Notes under the pieces: model-generated | What the model was told of the DNA's origin: nothing | The model's database searches: none | Seen by the model: the letters and a program-made list of their open reading frames with translations, nothing else | In this document: one piece after another, positions 57,404 to 64,000 of the stretch | How positions within the stretch are numbered: the first letter of the stretch is position 1 | How the letters are laid out: the number at the start of each line of letters is the position of its first letter | Source of the DNA: Eledone cirrhosa | Lineage: Eukaryota | Direction of reading: 5' to 3' | DNA length: 64,000 nucleotides | NCBI GenBank assembly: GCA_964016885.1 | Contig: OZ024751.1 | Location: forward strand, 41,974,001 to 42,038,000 | Program-made: the position numbers and the translations under genes

Positions 57404-57436
<33 letters not shown>

Positions 57437-59019
57437 ACCATCACCATGCCCCGCATTATAATCCCATCCATCCCACCCTTCTCTCTCTCTCTCTCTTTCT
57501 CTTTACACCACCACCACCACCATCTCACATCATGATCCCCCGCCGCTTCTCACTCTACAACCACCACCACCACCACCACCACCACATATCATAATCTCCC
57601 CCTCTCCCCCACCACCACCACCACACCACATCATAATCCCATCACTCTCTCTCTCTCTCTCTCTCTCTTCTCACGCCACCACCACCATCCCACACCATTA
57701 CTATTACTACTATTATTATTATTATTATTATTACTATTATAATTATTATCATTGCGTGCTGTCGCTGCATTATCAATCACATCTCTGTGCACCATGAGTA
57801 TATGCAGTTATTATGTTGTTGCTGTTGTTGTTGTTTCTATTGTACTGAAAGTACTCTTCACAATACATGTGCTATGCCTAGTACTGCTATTTTCTGCACA
57901 ACATAGTATATATCTGGAAATCCTGTGTTTTTATTTATTTATCAGTCTATCATCATCATCATCATCATCATCGTTTACTGTCCATTTTTCCATGCTAGCA
58001 TGGGTTAGACTTGGTTGTCCCGTTGTGAGACAAGTCGGATCAGATGTCAGCGTCTTGCTCACACAGAACTCTTTCTGGCTTGGTTTCTATGGCTAGATGC
58101 CCTTCCTAACGCCGACCACATTTACAGAGTGGACTGGGGGCCTTTTATCGTGGCACCAAAATGACCAAATGACAGGTTGGACTGGATACTTTTTCATTGT
58201 GTCACTAACACAACCCCTTTACAGTGTGGACTGGGTGCTTTTTGCCGTGGCACCAAAATGACCACTTTACAGTGTGGACTGAGCATAGTTCTCAGGGAGA
58301 TTCAGTATCACACAGTGTGTCACCAGATTGGACCTTTGAATTACAGGTTACAACACATTTTTGCCAGCTGAATGGACTTGAGCGATGTGAAATAAAGTGT
58401 CTTGCTCAAGGACACAACACACCACCAGGAGCCGAACACACTAAGCCATGCACCTTCACACAAACACACACAGACAGGTATGATCAGGCAACTGCAGACA
58501 CTTCTAAGTACAATAAATAATCAAAGCAGGATTATTAACACCTCAAGGCTATACACCTTAACACTTTTCACACCAAACCACCTGAAACCATCCCTGCTTC
58601 TATGTTACAAAGCTATTTATTTGAAAGTGTTTATATTTATCTATGAGGGTCAGCTGAAAAGTTCATAGGCTAATCAAGATACTCTCATGGAATGACAAAA
58701 TTGTTTCAATTAATTTTGAAAATATCAAAACATTTGAAGGAATTTAATAAAATAACTCCCAAAGTATAACAATATCGGTTTCAACACACGTTTTCAGATA
58801 AAGAATCTTGCTAAACAAATTCAGAAATAAAATAACTAAATTTTTCATTTTTCATTGTTATGCTGATTTTTAGAACTTTACTTAACAAAAATATCTGAAA
58901 TTCTTGAGATGGCTCAAAACCAAAATTCCAAGCAGAAGAGTTTTCACAGGTCCTCAGCAACCTATATATAAGACAGTGTAAACTTCAATCTCTAAATACA
59001 AAAACTAAATATAGGAAGG

Positions 59020-59265
59020 GTTGGATGCAGTATGCAGTAGAGATGATTGTGTTGGTATAGATATGTGATGTGTATGAAGGATGACAGCTGCTTAAAGAAG
59101 TGCAAGGCACCAGTGGGAGAGGAAGACCTAGAAAAACATGAGATAACATTGTAGAAGTCGGGGCTCAAGAAGCTAAAACTCACTACGGTGATGACAAAGG
59201 AACACACTGACTGCTGATTGGATACAGTGCTGGACAGAACCCATCAGCCAATCATGCAAAGCATA
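59020..59265 (+). mobile_element. Decayed RTE 3' fragment
   Basis: Remnants of W..HVM.M.DDS..KKC and GRGRPRK.W, like 47868-48362. Confidence 0.6.
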
Positions 59266-59397
59266 TTCAGTCACCCATGTATACCAGTCCCCCCTCTCTA
59301 CATCACCGATGTTGTCCAAGGGAAAGACAAAGGCAGATACAGTTTGGCCCAAGTGACATGACAACATATATATATACACTATATATAATGTCCAAGA

Positions 59398-60215
59398 CAA
59401 AAGCTGATACAACTTGGCCCAAGTGACATGACAGCATAAAGGCTGATACAACTTGGCACACGTGACATGACAACATAAAGGCTGATACAACTTGGCCCAA
59501 GTGACATGACAACATAAAGGCTGATACAACTTGGCACAAGCGATATGACAACATAAAGGCTGATACAACTTGGCACAAGTGACATGACAGCATAAAGGCT
59601 GATACAACTTGGCACAAGTGACATGACAACATAAAGGCTGTTTCAACTTGGCCCAAGTGACATGACAGCATAAAGGCTGATACAACTTGGCACAAGTGAC
59701 ATGACAACATAAAGGCTGATACAACTTGGCCCAAGTGACATGACAGCATAAAGGCTGATACAACTTGGCCCAAGTGACATGACAACATAAAGGCTGATAC
59801 AACTTGGCCCAAGTGACATGACAACATAAAGGCTGATACAACTTGGCCCAAGTGACATGACAGCATAAAGGCTGATACAACTTGGCACAAGTGACATGAC
59901 AACATAAAGGCTGATACAACTTGGCCCAAGTGACATGACAGCATAAAGGCTGATACAACTTGGCCCAAGTGACATGACAACATAAAGGCTGATACAACTT
60001 GGCCCAAGTGACATGACAACATAAAGGCTGATACAACTTGGCCCAAGTGACATGACAAAATAAAGGCTGATACAACTTGGCCCAAGTGACATGACAGCAT
60101 AAAGGCTGATACAACTTGGCCCAAGTGACATGACAGCATAAAGGCTGATACAACTTGGCCCAAGTGACATGACAGCATAAAGGCTGATACAACTTGGCCC
60201 AAGTGACATGACAGC
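59398..60215. repeat. 39-bp minisatellite, ~21 copies
   Basis: Unit AAAGGCTGATACAACTTGGCCCAAGTGACATGACARCAT. Confidence 0.96.
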
Positions 60216-61767
60216 TTGTAAAGCATATTCTATAAATATTTTCATGAAAATTGTTCTCATGGGCTTCCTTCTTTATTGCCTTGTATTAGATTTGCAGCTA
60301 GGTCTCATCTCTTTACAGTTGAACTTCCTAAATGTAATTCCAAATTCTATTCTGATAGTTTCTGTCCTTGCACATCTATAGAATTCTCTTCTTGCTTTCC
60401 TGACCCAGTACAATTTGCAAAAATTCAAAAGCAACATTAATCATCTCTCTCCTTGAATTGTGTTCTCTCTATCTTGTCCTGTTCCATTCTTAGTAAGCCC
60501 TTGCATTTTAGGAGCTTTATTGCATTGTTTAAGCTGAGTAAATAAAAAAAGTGGGTAGACAGAGAAATATATCAACATTTATGACCCTGTCACCCTGCTT
60601 AATATGCTTCTCCCCACTCTCTCTAGCATCGAAAAGGGACATCAAACAATGATGATTATTATATAAGTATGTACTCGTGTTTACACCTGTCTAAAAATAA
60701 TTAGTGTTATTTATAGTGTCTCTGTGTCCAGTAACTTAGCAGGTCAACAAATAGAGATTGCTAAAGGGTAATCAAAGATTTGTTATACCCAGCGCCACAA
60801 GGAGATCAAAGAGGCATTGATGCATAGCTCCCTTAACCTAAAATGAATCTCTTTCCAATGAGTGATAACCTAGCTCCCTAAAATATCATTAAGTTTAAAA
60901 TCCCCTAACCCTAATTTAGGAAACTGCCTGAACTCCAAGATAATCTCGATAAAATAAATACCAAACTGGAAATATTTAAATGATCAACTAAATTCTCAAT
61001 GGCAATACTCCAGTGAAAGAATGAGAGAATAATAATACAGAATAAGAGTTTGCAAAGTAAATATAAGAGTAAATGTGTAGAGAAAAATAAGTAAATGGTC
61101 ATGTTTGTGACAGCTGCAAATATAATAAAGTTATGCCGTAGTTAGGTTCATAGTTGACTTAGTATAGATATTCTTTCTGAGATGGAAGAATGACAGCAGC
61201 TAGGGTTATCCAGGGACTCCTGCTGCATGGAAAACAAGAAGTAAAGTTGAAGCTAACAATGTATTTAGATAATATATATATATATATAAATATATATAAC
61301 CCTTGCAAGCAGGGAAAAACGAACGTAAAATGATGATGATATATATATATATATATCATTTTCATCATCATTTCATTTTACGTCCGCTTTTTCCCTGCTT
61401 GCAAGGGTGGGACAGGAACTGATTCTGGCTTGATTTCTACAGCTGGATGCCCTTCCTAACACCAACCTCATTTACAGTGAGTGCTGGGTGCTTTTTTGCC
61501 GTGGCACCTCCACGACCACTTTGCAGTGGAATGATATGGACCCCAGTCCCTATCATCTCATTTCTACAGCTGAGTAAACTGGAGCAATGTGAAATGAAGT
61601 GTCTTGCTCAAGGAAACAACACATCACCCGGTCTGAGAATTGAACTCACAACCTTTCGATTGCAAGGCCAATGCTCTAACCACTAAGCCATGTGCCTCCA
61701 TATATATATATATATATTAGTGCCTCCATATATATATATATATATATATATTAGCTAAATACATATA

Positions 61768-62589
61768 TCTATATACATAAATGGCAATTTCTGTCTGTTT
61801 GTTTGTTTATTTCTGAACCTAAAACTCAAAAACTACCAAACCGATCTTGATGAAACTTGACACGTGTGTGGGGCTCATGCCCATTTGATTTCTTAAGTAT
61901 ATTTCATTTTAATCAAAGGGTTCCCCGAGGGTTCAAACCCCTGCTGAAAATTTTTTCCATTCGATTTATATGAAATTTAAACCATACGTAAATGACAAGA
62001 TATGATGCCTATTCACAAAATTTCAGCAAATTTCAATAATATTAAGACACCCTAATGGGGTTTAAACTCCCTATAGTGAACATTTTGGCCAATAAATGGA
62101 ACAAGATTTCACGAACTCCTATGGTTTGGGAGATAGACCCCCATAACCATATATATTCTGAAACTACATTGCCCAGGCTACTTGGATAAGTATTGGATAA
62201 TATTGCATTTTAATCAAAGGGTTTCCCGGGGGCACAAAACCCCCGCTGAAAATTTTTTCCCTTCGTTTTATGATATTTAAACCATAGGTAAATGACAAGA
62301 TATGATGTCTATTCACAAAATTTCAGCAAATTTCAATAATATTATGACACCCTAATGGGGGATCTATTTTTTTCCTTGCAGCAACACTCAACTTCTTTGA
62401 CAAATATTTTTTCGCCTGACCAAATCAATCAACAATATTTGTTTGTATTATTGTTTCGTAAATGAATTTGGCTTCGCTTTGATTATCTGTCCTATATTTT
62501 AATTTCATTTTTGGTCTGAGAGGCATTGGGCGTTTTAATGGGAACTAGGAACACCCCCACTCCCGGGTATTACCGGGTACCTCAGCTAG
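61768..62589 (+). mobile_element. Non-autonomous Helitron
   Basis: A|TCTATATACATAAA 5' end, internal ~150-bp direct repeats (~61.9 and ~62.2 kb), 3' hairpin CCCGG gtatta CCGGG and CTAG|T terminus. Confidence 0.8.
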
Positions 62590-62655
62590 TATATATATGT
62601 ATATATATATATACAACCTTGCAAGCAGGGAAAAGCGGACGTAAAATGCTGATGA

Positions 62656-62690
<35 letters not shown>

Positions 62691-64000
62691 TGCCGAACTC
62701 GCAAGAGCTCAGCTGTTGGGCCCCGACTCTTTCTAATATAGTCACAGACTACTATCCCAAGTACCAAGTACTCTATTGAATAACGGTCTAACTAGTTTAA
62801 TACTGGTTTAATCCTGTTATATATATATATAATATTTAGGCGGTGTATTGGCAGTATCGGTAGAAGGTCGGACGCCATGCTTTCCAGTATAGTTACGTCC
62901 CTTTACGGACTGAGTTCAAATCCCGCCGAGGTTGACTTTGCCTTTCATCCTTACGGGGTCGATAAAATAAAGTACCAGTAATGCACTGGGTAATTGCTGG
63001 CCTTGTGCCTAAAGTAGAAACAGTTATATATATATATTTGGCTCACTACATTAAATATGTTTGTACCACTTTGCTCCTTTTCTGGGATGGAGTTTATCAC
63101 AGATACACATGTACACATGTGTATGTATATGTGTGCACGTGTGCGTTTGTGTGCATGTGTGCGATTGCATGTGTGTGCGATTGCATGTGTGTACACATTT
63201 CTCTGTGTGCATCGGAAGGGTGAAAACATTTTTTATTGAAACTCAGTCGGTTTTTAACCTTTTCATTATGGTATTTTATGTGACAAAGGAGACCAAATCA
63301 ACAAATGCTAGGGGAGGTTCTCCCCCCCCCCCCCCACTTTCCCCTCCCCCGGGCGTTAGGATGGCATTTTTAGGACGTCACTCTCGCTATCCTCTCGCTG
63401 TGGTAATGCCTTCTCTATTCTGTCGGCTGGGACCATGAGGTGGCTTGTGTTGGGGGGGGGGGGGGGTTTCTGCACGTGGGAAAGACAAAGCAGGGGGGCG
63501 TAACAACCTTTCATCAACTGGGTTGTGCAGTTACCGTTGGTCACTACATACACACATGCATGCATACTTTGTAGCTCGACGTGTAAAGAGACAAGAAAGA
63601 GATAAAGGGGAAAAGGGAGATGAACAATAATTATTTCTAATCTAGGTACAAAGAGGGGAAAAAGTCGATTAGATCAACCCCAGTGCGTTACTGGTACTTT
63701 ATTTTATTGACCTCAGAAGGATGAAAGGCAAAGTTTGAGATGAACAATAATGATTTCTAACCTATGCACAAGGACAATTTGTAACGAGGGGAAAAAGTCG
63801 ATTAAATCAACCCCAGTGCGTTACTGGTACTTTATTTTATCGGCCCCGGGAGGATGAAAGGCAAAGTTGATCTCTGCGGGATTTGAACTCAATGTAAAAA
63901 GAGCAAGAACAAATACCACAAAGCATTTTACCCAACACCCTACAAGAGATAGACTATAATTATCTATTTTATTAGCCCCAAGGACTTAAGACATTGAGGG

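Noticed and set aside
59173-60260. Cys-rich repetitive ORFs (339/307/205 aa)
   Set aside because: Open in all three minus frames because of the 39-bp satellite.
48766-64000. First (signal/TM1) exon of RIC-3
   Set aside because: No convincing candidate found; the hydrophobic ORF 60911-61102 lacks RIC-3 similarity and splice support. The exon probably lies beyond the window or was missed.

Overview
Repeat-rich, AT-rich eukaryotic DNA. The (TA)n/(GATA)n load, SINE families and gene content suggest a cephalopod (Octopus-like) genome; this is inferred, not verified. Two spliced minus-strand genes can be reconstructed by hand. (1) A divergent nicotinic-acetylcholine-receptor-like Cys-loop channel subunit, with coding exons 13860-13806, 12057-11918, 4220-4176, 3422-3313 and 505-<1. 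It runs off the window after M2 and has lost the ACh-binding aromatic residues and the vicinal loop-C cysteines. (2) About 30 kb upstream on the same strand lies RIC-3, the nAChR assembly chaperone (five exons, 48765-44008; first exon not found). The rest is mobile DNA. A near full-length Tx1/L1-clade LINE and four truncated relatives all sit in (TATC)n arrays in one orientation, suggesting microsatellite-specific targeting. There are also Penelope, RTE and Helitron fragments, tRNA-derived SINEs, piggyBac- and mariner-type MITEs, and TE-derived minisatellites. A series of long palindromes carries type-I hammerhead-ribozyme folds typical of Penelope-like pseudo-LTRs. Most ORFs in the supplied track are microsatellite artefacts.
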